The notes beneath the pieces are model-generated. The model was given only the letters and a program-made list of their open reading frames with translations, made no database searches and was not told the origin of the DNA. The position numbers were made by a program, and so were the translations under genes. From positions 1 through 64,000 of the IMG/VR virus record IMGVR_UViG_3300017917_002466: a stretch of DNA of 64,000 nucleotides. One strand, given 5' to 3'. Numbering within the stretch: the first letter of the stretch is position 1; each line of letters begins with the position of its first letter. This document shows positions 46,908 through 57,048 of this stretch, in pieces.

Positions 46908-48452
46908 CTAAATATTGATCTCACTTATATTTATCTTTTTAGCGATATTCTCAAAGCCTTGCTTCTTATAATACTGTAATCTTTCGTGCCAATGCTTAAA
47001 TACATGATTTGTATGGAGAACTTCTTTATCTCCCCATTGATGAATCCAAGTGAGGTCGTCTACTATGTCCCATACAATTAATCGTTCTTTGCTTTCATGG
47101 ACTCTCAATCCTCGTCCAATGCTTTGAAGAACCTTAATCTTTGAACGGTAACTGGAAGCAAAAATAATATGGTGTAGTCTTTTTATATTTATCCCAGTAC
47201 TCATTGTTGCATAAGTACCAAGAATAATTGTGCTACCTTGGATATTAGTAAGTTGTCTAATTCTTTCTCTTTCTTCGGCTTCAGTTTTTCCGTAAATCTC
47301 AAAGATTTTATGTTCCTTGAAATTTTCTTCAAGGTACTTCTTGATGTCTTTAAGATGAGCTATCTTGTGACAAAGAATAAGAATGTTTTGGGTTTTATCG
47401 AGTCTGTTTATGATATACTTGAAAATCTTATTTCGGTCGGTATTGCCATAAATAATGTCCAATTCTTCTTGATATTCCTTCTGCTGAATATCTCCTTCAT
47501 CATCATGCCAATAGCTATAAACCTGTTCCTTTGGATATTTCAGAAGAAGATTGGCTATCTTGATTTTTGATAGAATTCCTTTGTCAATCAACTCTGAACT
47601 GGTTGATTCAAAAATCTTCGGGCCAAGATAACCGTAAATCGTATACTGATTGCAAAGCTCTTCTGGCATTGTTCCGGTCATACCGATACGATACTCTGCG
47701 TTGACACACTTTTTCATACATGATTGAATTGATTCGGCTTTGGCTCCATGTGTTTCATCAACAATGACAGCCTGAAACTTGTCAAAGAAATCAATTCCTT
47801 TTTTGTAAATAGACTGCCAAGTTGAAATAATAATGGGACATTCCCAGTTAATTCTTTTACTTTTGTGAAAAACTAAAGCACAATTGGATTCACAGTATTT
47901 CCAACCATAGTCTTTGAAATCATTGAACATTTGGTTGACGAGACTTACATTAGGCACGATAAGCAATATCTTGCCTTGAGCAATACCTAAGATGAACCTG
48001 ATGATAGAATAGATAACCAAAGACTTTCCTGAACCAGTCGGAGACTCTATGACTCCTCTTTTCATTCTCAAAGCCTTTTTGATGCATTCGTCTTGGTAGT
48101 CTCTTGGGGAGTAAGAAGAGTCAGTAAAAATGGCTTCATAGAAAGTTTCAAACTTTTCGTCTGAAATTTCGTTGACAACATCGCTACGATTAAAATTAAC
48201 TTTATACTGATAGTTAAACCGATGACAGAATTTAACAAATTGAGGAAAAAGGCCAATGGGAATTGTTTGGCTTTTCCAATCATAAAAAGAAATTCTTCCA
48301 TCCCACTGCTTTGATCTGAACAAAGGATGAAAAAAATAGTTCTCAATATAACAAGAAAAATGTTCTCTTATTTCCATCGCTGAACTTCTTTCTAAATTCC
48401 TAATTTGTAAATAAACTTCGTTAACTTTATCTACTTCAAGTATTTCTGACAT
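46908..48452 (-). CDS. uvsW: SF2 DNA helicase UvsW
   Basis: SPTGSGKS, VDETH, MSTGINIKRLH, LQSIGRGLR. Confidence 0.95.
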   Translation of the reverse strand: MSEILEVDKVNEVYLQIRNLERSSAMEIREHFSCYIENYFFHPLFRSKQWDGRISFYDWKSQTIPIGLFPQFVKFCHRFNYQYKVNFNRSDVVNEISDEKFETFYEAIFTDSSYSPRDYQDECIKKALRMKRGVIESPTGSGKSLVIYSIIRFILGIAQGKILLIVPNVSLVNQMFNDFKDYGWKYCESNCALVFHKSKRINWECPIIISTWQSIYKKGIDFFDKFQAVIVDETHGAKAESIQSCMKKCVNAEYRIGMTGTMPEELCNQYTIYGYLGPKIFESTSSELIDKGILSKIKIANLLLKYPKEQVYSYWHDDEGDIQQKEYQEELDIIYGNTDRNKIFKYIINRLDKTQNILILCHKIAHLKDIKKYLEENFKEHKIFEIYGKTEAEERERIRQLTNIQGSTIILGTYATMSTGINIKRLHHIIFASSYRSKIKVLQSIGRGLRVHESKERLIVWDIVDDLTWIHQWGDKEVLHTNHVFKHWHERLQYYKKQGFENIAKKINISEINI

Positions 48453-48478
48453 AAAAATTCCTTAATTTGAAAAAATTA

Positions 48479-48901
48479 TTATAAAAGGCCCAGCTTCATT
48501 TTTTTGAGGTCTACGAAGTTCTTGATTCTAAATCCAAGATTATCTATATGAGTCAAAGTTTTCTCTAAAAAGTTAACTTGAGTTTCAATTTGAGAAAATT
48601 CTAGTTTGAGTTGATAATATTGGTTGTCATTGAAAATATAAATTTCAGCTTCTTTTATTGATTCTACTGACCTACCATTGTAGCCTTCGTTTTTATACTT
48701 AGCATAATTAATCCCAAAACACCTATCAATTTCAAGCTTTTTTTCTTTAAGAGATTTTAACTCTTTTGAGTAAATTTTTAAAACCATTGAGTACAGGTTA
48801 GAAAGTTGAATAGATTTTTCCATTACATTGTCTTCAGTAACTTTCAGTTCAATTTCAATTCGGTCTTTCAATTTCTGAAAATCTTCAGTCTTCATAAACA
48901 A
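48479..48901 (-). CDS. uvsY: Recombination mediator UvsY-like
   Basis: Adjacent to uvsW; FLEKTLTHIDNLGFRIKNFVD...KMKLG ending. Confidence 0.75.
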   Translation of the reverse strand: MFMKTEDFQKLKDRIEIELKVTEDNVMEKSIQLSNLYSMVLKIYSKELKSLKEKKLEIDRCFGINYAKYKNEGYNGRSVESIKEAEIYIFNDNQYYQLKLEFSQIETQVNFLEKTLTHIDNLGFRIKNFVDLKKMKLGLL

Positions 48902-48924
48902 ACTCCTTATGGAAAAGTAGGAAA

Positions 48925-49056
48925 GCGGCCGAAGGCCGCACTTTCTAGGTTATTTAGGTCTTTAGGAAACTTAAGGTCTAGGTACCAGTTTCCGGGTTCT
49001 AGAACCAAGATACCTAGAAAACTCTAGATATTTATACCTAGGTTCTTTCTAGGTTC
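48925..49056. other. Strand-switch intergenic region with GC hairpin and 7 CTAG copies (candidate origin)
   Basis: GCGGCC-gaa-GGCCGC at 48925-48939; CTAG at 48945, 48978, 48999, 49014, 49024, 49038, 49049; TATAAATA (-) 49029-49036. Confidence 0.4.
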
Positions 49057-49151
49057 TTTATTTTTATATATTCATTATAGGCGATTTTAGAACCCTGAAA
49101 AAGAAAAACCCAACAGATTGTGGAAAAAATTTCAATAAACACAATTAAACA

Positions 49152-49180
49152 TTGACAACTCAGAAAGAAAATGTTATCAT
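49152..49180 (+). promoter_or_regulatory. Sigma70-type early promoter
   Basis: TTGACA-N17-TATCAT with TG extended -10. Confidence 0.85.
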
Positions 49181-49216
49181 ATGATTAGTGCTTAATCCAT
49201 TTGAAACGGAGAAACT

Positions 49217-50992
49217 ATGGTAGTAACATTTAAAAAGCTTGTATTTCAGAACATTTTGTCATTCGGAGCAAAGCCGATAACAATAGATTTTCAACACGGA
49301 GTCAATCTGATTTCAGGAAAAAATGGATCAGGAAAGTCAGCAATACTCGATGCTTTATCTTTCTGCTTATTTGGTCAACCCTACCGCAAAATCAAAATTA
49401 AAGAATTAATAAATCGTCGAAATAAGCGTAATTTAAGCGTTACTTGTGAGTTCGTTATTGACGAAAAAGATACTTTTACGATCACAAGAACAATGAATCC
49501 AGACACAATAGAAATTTTGAAAAATAGGGAGGAGCTTGAGCTTCTTTCATCTAAGCGCTTAAATCAAGAGGAAATTGACAAGATAATCGGCATCAACTAC
49601 CAGATGTTCAAACAAGTCATTTCGTTGGCTGTCAACTATAACAGGCCATTTTTATCTCTACAGCTTTGGGAAAAGAGAGAAATTATTGAACAAATTTTCA
49701 ATATTGTAGTTTTTGGACAGATGCTTAAGTATCTCAAAAAGAACAATGTTGAAATCAAAACCAAGAATGAAGTGAATGAAAGAACTATTAAAATCCTTGA
49801 AGAAAATCTAAAATCTTTACGAAGAAGAGTTACTGAACTAACAGAAGCCCAAAGTAATTTCAAAACCAACAAGGAAAAAGACCTATCGGATATTGATGGT
49901 CGTATTAAACAATATTTAGCTGAAAGAATACAAATAGATGAAGAAATTGAATCATTAACTGACTGTATTGATAAAAGTAGCTATGATGAAGAAAAAATTA
50001 AACAACTTAAAACAGAAAGAGATACGGTAATTAAAAGTATCAATGAAAATGAATATGCGACCAAAACCTCAATTGAACAAATATCATTGATAGATCGCAA
50101 TACCGTTTGTCCGTGGTGCAAGAATGAAATAACTGCTGAACACAAAGATACAGAAATTAAAAGATTATCTGGGGAGAACAGAGACAGAGTCACCGCGGTT
50201 AAAGGACTTAAAAGTCATAGGATAGAAATTGAAAAGGAAATATCTAGACAGGAAACTTGGCTACAAGAACTTAACGATTTTAAATCTAAAAAAGAGGCTT
50301 TACAAGATAAAATAAATATAATAGATCGAGAAATAACTAGTGCTGAAGAAAGAAGAAACGAAATTCTCAACAGAGAAATTGAGTTTAATCTTGATAATTT
50401 AATTCAAGAATTTGAAGACAAAAAAAATGAGTACAAAGTAATTTGGAATGAAACTAAAGGTATCAAAAAGAAGCTTAAAAATAATGATATTATCCAAAGT
50501 ATTCTTTCAGAAAGTGGTATTAAGGCTTATTTCTTTAAGAAACTTATCCCTATTCTTAACAGTAAAATTAACGAGTATATCAAACTTTTTGAACTTCCAG
50601 TTATCATTCAATTTGATGAATTGATGAATGAGAAGATAACCAACCTTGAAAATCTAAGGGGTGAAATTTCGTACTATGCATATTCGGAAGGAGAAAAGAA
50701 GCGAATTGATATGTCCATTCTCCTTTCATTTATCAGTATTACAAAAATTATTTCAAATTGGAACTGTAACCTTTTGATTATTGATGAACTTTTAGATAGT
50801 GCTATTGATGAAAGTGGTCTTGAAAAGTTAGTTGGTAGTTTAAAAAATATGTCATTTGACTCAAAAGAACTATGCATATACATAATATCACATAGATTAC
50901 AACAAGAATATAGTACACATTTTAAAAACTGTATAACTATTCAAAAGAATAACAACAGTTTTTCAGATGTTATCTTCTCTAAGGAGGCGTAA
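49217..50992 (+). CDS. gp46: Recombination endonuclease ATPase subunit (Rad50/SbcC-like)
   Basis: GKNGSGKS, CPWC hook, YSEGEKKRID, LIIDELLD. Confidence 0.95.
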   Translation: MVVTFKKLVFQNILSFGAKPITIDFQHGVNLISGKNGSGKSAILDALSFCLFGQPYRKIKIKELINRRNKRNLSVTCEFVIDEKDTFTITRTMNPDTIEILKNREELELLSSKRLNQEEIDKIIGINYQMFKQVISLAVNYNRPFLSLQLWEKREIIEQIFNIVVFGQMLKYLKKNNVEIKTKNEVNERTIKILEENLKSLRRRVTELTEAQSNFKTNKEKDLSDIDGRIKQYLAERIQIDEEIESLTDCIDKSSYDEEKIKQLKTERDTVIKSINENEYATKTSIEQISLIDRNTVCPWCKNEITAEHKDTEIKRLSGENRDRVTAVKGLKSHRIEIEKEISRQETWLQELNDFKSKKEALQDKINIIDREITSAEERRNEILNREIEFNLDNLIQEFEDKKNEYKVIWNETKGIKKKLKNNDIIQSILSESGIKAYFFKKLIPILNSKINEYIKLFELPVIIQFDELMNEKITNLENLRGEISYYAYSEGEKKRIDMSILLSFISITKIISNWNCNLLIIDELLDSAIDESGLEKLVGSLKNMSFDSKELCIYIISHRLQQEYSTHFKNCITIQKNNNSFSDVIFSKEA

Positions 50993-50993
50993 G

Positions 50994-51359
50994 ATGGCAG
51001 AATATATTAACAACAAGGAATTTCACGGTCTGTTGAAAGACTACAGACAAACAAGGTCTAAGAAAATATTTGAACAAATTGGTAAAAGTTTTTTGTTAAT
51101 AGCCAAAAATCTTCTTAACAAATCTAACTTTATTAATTACACTCAAGATAGAAAAGATGAAATGATTTCTGATGCTGTTTATTATATGTGTAGATATGTT
51201 GATAAGTTTGATGTTGAAAGAAAGAATCCATTCGCGTATTTCACAATGATAGCTAGAAATGCCTTTCTCCAGAATATTAATGATTATTCCAAACGTGACT
51301 TAATGTTTACAAGTATTGAGTATATAGATAATTGTGAAGTTGCGGATAATATTTTATAA
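50994..51359 (+). CDS. gp55: Late-transcription sigma factor
   Basis: YINNKEF, FINYT..RKDEMISDA, FD.ERKNPFAYFTMIARNAFLQ; ATG 50994 after AGGAGG. Confidence 0.92.
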   Translation: MAEYINNKEFHGLLKDYRQTRSKKIFEQIGKSFLLIAKNLLNKSNFINYTQDRKDEMISDAVYYMCRYVDKFDVERKNPFAYFTMIARNAFLQNINDYSKRDLMFTSIEYIDNCEVADNIL

Positions 51360-51387
51360 ATAATTAGACAAAATATGAATGATTTTT

Positions 51388-51413
51388 TATAAATACTTCT
51401 AAAGGAGAGAAGT
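51388..51413 (+). promoter_or_regulatory. Late promoter overlapping an RBS hairpin
   Basis: TATAAATA, then ACTTCT-aaaggag-AGAAGT; second TATAAATA at 51355-51362. Confidence 0.7.
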
Positions 51414-51418
51414 TAGTT

Positions 51419-52318
51419 ATGAAAAATCTTATAAAACAATTTCAAAAAGTTCATGGAAATAAGTATAATTATGATAAAGTAGTTTATAATAATTGTAGAA
51501 CTAAAATTTGTATTATTTGTCAAGAACATGGAGAATTTTGGCAACTTCCACTCAATCATAGAAATGGTCAAGGATGTCCAGATTGTGGTAAAAAAGACCA
51601 AGTTAGGCAAGTTCAAAATGAAGAATTTATTCGACGATTAGTAGATAAGTATGGAAATCAATATAATTTTGATAAAACTATTTTTAGAGGTACTAAAAAA
51701 AGAATAATTGTTACTTGTAAACAACATGGAGATTTTGAAGTTTTTCCGTTTAATTTCCTTAAAGGAAAAGGTTGTCCAAAATGTGTAAATGAAAGAGTTA
51801 GTAATGAAAGAAGGAATGATTTTGATAAAATAGTTCAAAAATTTAATAAAGTTCATAATTTTAAGTACGATTATTCAAATTCAGTCTATCAAAATTATTG
51901 TAAGAAAATTGAAATTATTTGTTCAAAACATGGTTCTTTTTGGCAATCAGTCTCAGACCATATAAAAGGAAGAGGTTGTCCAATTTGTAAAAGCTCTAAA
52001 GGAGAAATTATTGTTAGTAATATTTTGCTTAAAAAACAAATTGAATTTATTCCACAAAAAAGATTTGAAGAATGTAAATTATTTAAACCATTGGCGTTTG
52101 ATTTCTTTTTACCAAAAAATAATACTTGTATAGAATATAACGGCATTCAACATTATGAATCTTTAGATTATTTTGGTGGAAAACAAGAATTAGAAGAAAT
52201 TCAAAAAAGAGATGCTATTAAAATTAAATTTTGTAAAGACAATAATATTAAGTTAATAATAATACCATATTGGAAATTGGATGAAATTGAAAATATTTTA
52301 AAAGGATTTTTATTATGA
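51419..52318 (+). CDS. Putative homing endonuclease (Zn-module repeats plus Vsr/EDxHD-like)
   Basis: Paralogue of 32345..33349; LAFDFFL...IEYNGIQHY. Confidence 0.8.
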   Translation: MKNLIKQFQKVHGNKYNYDKVVYNNCRTKICIICQEHGEFWQLPLNHRNGQGCPDCGKKDQVRQVQNEEFIRRLVDKYGNQYNFDKTIFRGTKKRIIVTCKQHGDFEVFPFNFLKGKGCPKCVNERVSNERRNDFDKIVQKFNKVHNFKYDYSNSVYQNYCKKIEIICSKHGSFWQSVSDHIKGRGCPICKSSKGEIIVSNILLKKQIEFIPQKRFEECKLFKPLAFDFFLPKNNTCIEYNGIQHYESLDYFGGKQELEEIQKRDAIKIKFCKDNNIKLIIIPYWKLDEIENILKGFLL

Positions 52319-53364
52319 TGATTTGTTTGGTTAGCGACCTTCACTTCGGCGTTAGGAAAAATTCTGAAATCTTCTTAGAAAGCCAAGTAAGGTTTGTTGA
52401 AGAACAATTTATCCCTTATCTCAAAGAGCATAACATCAAAGAAGTCTTCATCCTTGGAGATTTGTTTGATAATCGCAACAGCACGAATACAAAAGTGATG
52501 AATACGGTATTTGACTTATTTGATAAAAAGCTCACCGATTTTAATGTTCATATGCTCATTGGAAACCACGACTGTTACTTTAACAGTTCAGTTGAAATTA
52601 ATTCACTAAAGTTTCTTGAAAAATTCTCCAATGTCAATCTTGTTGAAAAAATTACCGTTGTTGAGGTTGGTAGAAAAAAGATAGTTATGGTTCCTTGGGT
52701 TACCGATACCCTTTCGTTTGTCAGAGATTTTAGCCAAATAGAATCCTGTGATCTTTGCTTTGGACATTTCAATATATACGGATTCAATTTCAACAAAGTT
52801 AAAAGAAGCGATGATGGAATACAAGGAAAGCTTTTTGCTAAGTTCAAGAAAGTTTTCACAGGTCATTTCCATATCCGAAATTCACAGAATGTTCAAGGAA
52901 GTGATATCATTTATATCGGTTCACCTTTTCAATTAACAAGAAACGATATAGATGAGAATAGAGGATTTGTTATTTTGGATACTGATACTTTAGAGTATCA
53001 GCATATAGATAACAATGTCTCACTTAAATATATAAAGATAAAATACCCCGAAAAGTTTACATCAAGCAGAATCAAGAATAATATCATAGACGTTTATGTG
53101 GATTATGATGAAAATTATAATGAAGAAAAAGTTAATAAATACGTTAAAAAGATAGAAGAATTTGGACCAGCCTCAACACCTAATATCTTCGTTGAGAATA
53201 ATAACGCATTGAACAGTGATATTGATTTAGAAAATTATAAATTTGGTTCAATGCTTGATCTTATGAGAGAATATGTAGACAGTCTTGATGTCGGAAATAA
53301 AGAAGAAATTAACCAACTTCTCATTGAATTGTACAATGAGTCCACTAAAGGTGAAAGTATTTAA
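52315..53364 (+). CDS. gp47: Recombination endonuclease nuclease subunit (Mre11/SbcD-like)
   Basis: SDLHFG, LGDLFD, IGNHD, GHFH. Confidence 0.93.
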   Translation: MMICLVSDLHFGVRKNSEIFLESQVRFVEEQFIPYLKEHNIKEVFILGDLFDNRNSTNTKVMNTVFDLFDKKLTDFNVHMLIGNHDCYFNSSVEINSLKFLEKFSNVNLVEKITVVEVGRKKIVMVPWVTDTLSFVRDFSQIESCDLCFGHFNIYGFNFNKVKRSDDGIQGKLFAKFKKVFTGHFHIRNSQNVQGSDIIYIGSPFQLTRNDIDENRGFVILDTDTLEYQHIDNNVSLKYIKIKYPEKFTSSRIKNNIIDVYVDYDENYNEEKVNKYVKKIEEFGPASTPNIFVENNNALNSDIDLENYKFGSMLDLMREYVDSLDVGNKEEINQLLIELYNESTKGESI

Positions 53365-53375
53365 GGAGAAGAAAG

Positions 53376-54575
53376 ATGGAAAATCAGCAGCAAATTCCTA
53401 CCAGTAATTACGAAGTGTTTAGACAACATTTGTTGAATCCAAACACAGCTTTTGAACTTTCTGTCCAAGAAGGACAGATAATGAAAATTCAAAAAAATTT
53501 GGTAATATCTTACGTTTCGGATTCGACGGGATGTGGCCACATTAGAAACATTTTTCCAATGACATATCTGAATTCTATTTTTGGAAAAACCGGAAGATTC
53601 AATATCATCATATCACCAGTTATGCTTTTCCAACACGATGTTCTTTTGAGAACAAGAAGTATTTTCTTCCAAAGAACTATGGCACCTGGACATATTCAAG
53701 CTGTCAAAATGTACAAGGATGCACAGAAGAAATACGGATTCAAAATGGTCTACGACATTGACGACTTCATTTGGGATGGTCCGGATGAAGGAGAAACTAT
53801 TCCTCCGTATAACTTTGGAAAAGATGGAATCACACCAGAAGTTCAAAAATCTTCACTTGAAATTATGAACGAAATGGACGTTGTATGTGTCTCGACAGAT
53901 TTTCTTGGACAGTATATTAGAAATCACGGAGTAACAAATCCCAAGATAATTACAGTCTATAATGCTGTTCCTCAATACTTCTGGGGGCCTCAGAGAAAGA
54001 AGCCTATTAAAGAAAAATTGAAGAAGCCAAGAGTTATTTACACTGGAAGTCCCACTCATTATCATCAAATGAAAAAATTAAAAGGAGACTGGGAAAATGC
54101 TTGGTGTGAATGGGTTATCAAAAACGTGGAAAATGGTAAGATTGAGTTTTGTTGTATGGGTGGTCTTCCTTTCTTCTTTGAAGGAATCAAAAATAAAATC
54201 AAAATAGTTGACTGGGTCAACTCATATCAGTATCATCTTCCAATCAAGGATTTCCGTGCAGATATTGGAGTTGCGCCGCTTGTACCAAACTATTTCAACT
54301 ATAGTAAGTCCGATATTAAACATATAGAGTATTGCGCTCTTGGAATCCTAAGTATAGGAACTGTATTTACAAATGGAAGGCCAAGCCCTTATGACAATAA
54401 CCTTCTAAAAGTCCCGAACAACTGCTCTGTACAAGATATAGACAGACTTGTAGACGAATATACAGAACCAGAAAATTACAATAGAATCATTAAACAGCAA
54501 TATGAAATATTGGATAAAACCGGGAGGTGGCTTGAAAGCCCCGAATATGTCAAGATGATTACAGAAATTTTATAA
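53376..54575 (+). CDS. Glycosyltransferase (GT-B-like)
   Basis: GCGHIR, YDIDD, YTGSPTH, DIGVAPL..N.FN..KSDIK.IEY. Confidence 0.75.
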   Translation: MENQQQIPTSNYEVFRQHLLNPNTAFELSVQEGQIMKIQKNLVISYVSDSTGCGHIRNIFPMTYLNSIFGKTGRFNIIISPVMLFQHDVLLRTRSIFFQRTMAPGHIQAVKMYKDAQKKYGFKMVYDIDDFIWDGPDEGETIPPYNFGKDGITPEVQKSSLEIMNEMDVVCVSTDFLGQYIRNHGVTNPKIITVYNAVPQYFWGPQRKKPIKEKLKKPRVIYTGSPTHYHQMKKLKGDWENAWCEWVIKNVENGKIEFCCMGGLPFFFEGIKNKIKIVDWVNSYQYHLPIKDFRADIGVAPLVPNYFNYSKSDIKHIEYCALGILSIGTVFTNGRPSPYDNNLLKVPNNCSVQDIDRLVDEYTEPENYNRIIKQQYEILDKTGRWLESPEYVKMITEIL

Positions 54576-54585
54576 ATAATTTTAG

Positions 54586-54669
54586 AGTATGTTAGGACAG
54601 GGAGGCATCCTTTTCTGACACGAACAGAATTACTGACATACTTCTTTCAAATACCTTATTCGTGGAGGT
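54586..54669 (+). ncRNA. HEG-associated motif copy 3
   Basis: TATAAATA 54571-54578; AGTATGTTAG-GACAG-GGA ggca TCC-TT-TTCTG acacgaa CAGAA-TTA-CTGACATACT; ACCT tattcgtgg AGGT. Confidence 0.72.
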
Positions 54670-54673
54670 TCCT

Positions 54674-55232
54674 ATGAGTTGCTTTATTATCTACAAAACT
54701 ACGTGTCTTGTTAACCAAAAAATCTATGTTGGTCAGCATAATACTTCAGCTAATGATGGTTATTTAGGCACTGGAAAAATAATCAAGTTAGCCATTAGAA
54801 AGTATGGCAGAAAAACTTTAAAAGAGAAACAATAGAGTTCTGTACTTCTGCTAACGTAAACGAAAGAGAAGTTTACTGGGTTGGTAAGTTAGATTCTACG
54901 AACCCTCAAATCGGTTATAACATCACTAGAGGGGGAGATGGTGTAATAATTGTTGGTAGAAATAATCCTATGCTTGGAAAAAACAAAGTCAAAATTCAAG
55001 AAATTTGATGAGTTTAAATCATCAAGATTTTAATGGAAAGTTAAATCCAAGATACGGAAAAGGAAAATACCTTTATATTTTTTCATCCAAAGAAAAAAAT
55101 ATTAAAACTAAAAGTCTCACTGAATTTTGTAAAAATCAAAATCTTAATTTGAATACACTTAATTGGTGTTTTAGAGTTGGTCGAAAATTTCATAAAGGGT
55201 GGGAAATTAAAAGAATCTTGTTAACTTCTTGA
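54674..55232 (+). pseudogene. GIY-YIG (Seg-like) endonuclease with two frameshifts
   Basis: MSCFIIYKTTCLVNQKIYVGQH..GYLGTG / NFKRETIE..EREVYW..GYNITRGG / ..LMSLNH..; both shifts in A runs. Confidence 0.8.
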
Positions 55233-55257
55233 CATCAAACAATGAATATGTTATAAT
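55229..55257 (+). promoter_or_regulatory. Sigma70-type early promoter
   Basis: Perfect TTGACA-N17-TATAAT with TG extension. Confidence 0.9.
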
Positions 55258-55280
55258 AATAGAAAGGAGTTAATATTGAT

Positions 55281-56180
55281 ATGAAAATTATTCCAAAAAC
55301 AAGTAAGATTTTATCCATTTCCCACAACGATTGGGACGGAGTTTTCAGCCAAATTATTTTAGGAAACGTGTTTCCAAATATTAGTTATCTTAATGCTTCT
55401 TTTTATAAAATAGACTCTATTATGGAATCTATTGAGTATAATAGATATGATTTTGTTTTTCTTACAGATATAAACCTAACTGATATTAAACTTCTTGATT
55501 TATCGGACAACATTATTCTTCTTGACCACCACGAATCGGCTATTGAAGCTAATAATCCATCTAAAATGCATTACGTTATACCGGGACAATGTGCAGCTAA
55601 ATTAACACTTAAATTTGTTGAAAAATACTATAAAATTAAACTTAATCATCTTTATGACCACTGCGAAATGGTTAACGATTATGATTTATGGATTTTGAAA
55701 AATCCAGATAGTAAAAAATTAAACGATTTGATGTTCTACCACTACAAGCCAAGAAAGTTTAGAGAAATTTTCTTTGATGGTCGCACAACTTTTACTGATG
55801 AAGAAAAAGAATGGCTTGAAATGAGAGCAAAGGAATTTGAAGCAAGATATAATGCTATTACCGTATTTGATTGTGAAAAAATCAATGGTTGTGTTGTTCA
55901 ATCAGAAGAGTTTATAAATGAAATTTGCGATAGGTTGATGAAGGAAGAAGGGTATGATATTGTGTTTTGTCGAAATCCTGTTCATGGAAGAGTCAGTATA
56001 AGACATAAAATTGAAGGATTGGATATGGGAAATATGTTAAAAGAAAAAGGTTGGGGGGGAGGGCACCGGGATTCGTGTGGAATGTTTTGTTCAGATATTT
56101 CAGATTTTCAAATAAAAATTAAAATACTTGACGATGAAATTGCCAAAATTAATCCAAGAGGAGAAATTGATTATGAGTAA
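55281..56180 (+). CDS. DHH/DHHA1 phosphoesterase
   Basis: SHNDWDG, FLTD, LDHH, GGGH. Confidence 0.85.
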   Translation: MKIIPKTSKILSISHNDWDGVFSQIILGNVFPNISYLNASFYKIDSIMESIEYNRYDFVFLTDINLTDIKLLDLSDNIILLDHHESAIEANNPSKMHYVIPGQCAAKLTLKFVEKYYKIKLNHLYDHCEMVNDYDLWILKNPDSKKLNDLMFYHYKPRKFREIFFDGRTTFTDEEKEWLEMRAKEFEARYNAITVFDCEKINGCVVQSEEFINEICDRLMKEEGYDIVFCRNPVHGRVSIRHKIEGLDMGNMLKEKGWGGGHRDSCGMFCSDISDFQIKIKILDDEIAKINPRGEIDYE

Positions 56181-56550
56181 AAAGAAAGTTAATTTACAAA
56201 AAATTATTAAAGATATTACACCTATTTTTGAAAAATATACAGATTTGACAGCTTTTCCGATTTATGCGTGGGGAAGATATTATAAGTATGAATTACGCGG
56301 CGAACCATTTGATTCTAGTGGATATGCTTGGTCAGAAGGAATTAGCTATGGTGTTAAAGATGTTAAGATTGATTGGAAACTAATTTCAAAAATTGAAAAA
56401 GAACAAGACTTTAATATTCATATTCCAGATAGAAAAGAATGGGCATACGAATACGGTGATGATGAACGAGGCGGTCAAATGGCGGTTGCTATCAAAGATA
56501 AAAAAGGAAAAATAAAAATTGAATTTTATGATTGTGATTCACCAGAATAA
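56173..56550 (+). CDS. Hypothetical protein
   Basis: Start reassigned to ATG 56173 after GAGGAG. Confidence 0.6.
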   Translation: MSKKKVNLQKIIKDITPIFEKYTDLTAFPIYAWGRYYKYELRGEPFDSSGYAWSEGISYGVKDVKIDWKLISKIEKEQDFNIHIPDRKEWAYEYGDDERGGQMAVAIKDKKGKIKIEFYDCDSPE

Positions 56551-56568
56551 TATGAAAGGAGTTAAAAT

Positions 56569-57048
56569 ATGTATTGTTATCTCGCTGGACTAATTCAGGG
56601 CAGTGTCATTGACAAATGTATTGCGTGGAGAAGAAAAATAGTTGAACATTACTCTGACTGGAAAGGATCGGGAATTCCGTATGAAAACTTATATTTTTTA
56701 GACCCGTGTAATGGAGAAAAGGATATTTCTGCGGATGGAATGAAATCTAATATTCCAACTAAAGTTATCCTTGATAAAGACTATAATGCTATAAAGAAGT
56801 GTGATCTTTTCGTGGCTAATATGGATAAATTTGGTGTAGAAAGAGCCCCCATTGGTACTATTATGGAAGTTGCTTTTGCATACGACTTTCATAAACCAAT
56901 TATAATGATAACAACAGAAGAAGTTTATAAAAAACACCCGTTTGTTTCAAATATGGTTTCTTGGTATTTTGAAACAGTGGATGAAATGTTAGAAGCTAAA
57001 GCTATCAATCAGTTTTATAAATCTATTAATTCGGTCCAATATGTTTAA
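56569..57048 (+). CDS. Nucleoside 2-deoxyribosyltransferase / dNMP N-glycosidase-like protein
   Basis: YLAG, D...IKKCD.FVA, IGTIMEVAFA. Confidence 0.75.
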   Translation: MYCYLAGLIQGSVIDKCIAWRRKIVEHYSDWKGSGIPYENLYFLDPCNGEKDISADGMKSNIPTKVILDKDYNAIKKCDLFVANMDKFGVERAPIGTIMEVAFAYDFHKPIIMITTEEVYKKHPFVSNMVSWYFETVDEMLEAKAINQFYKSINSVQYV

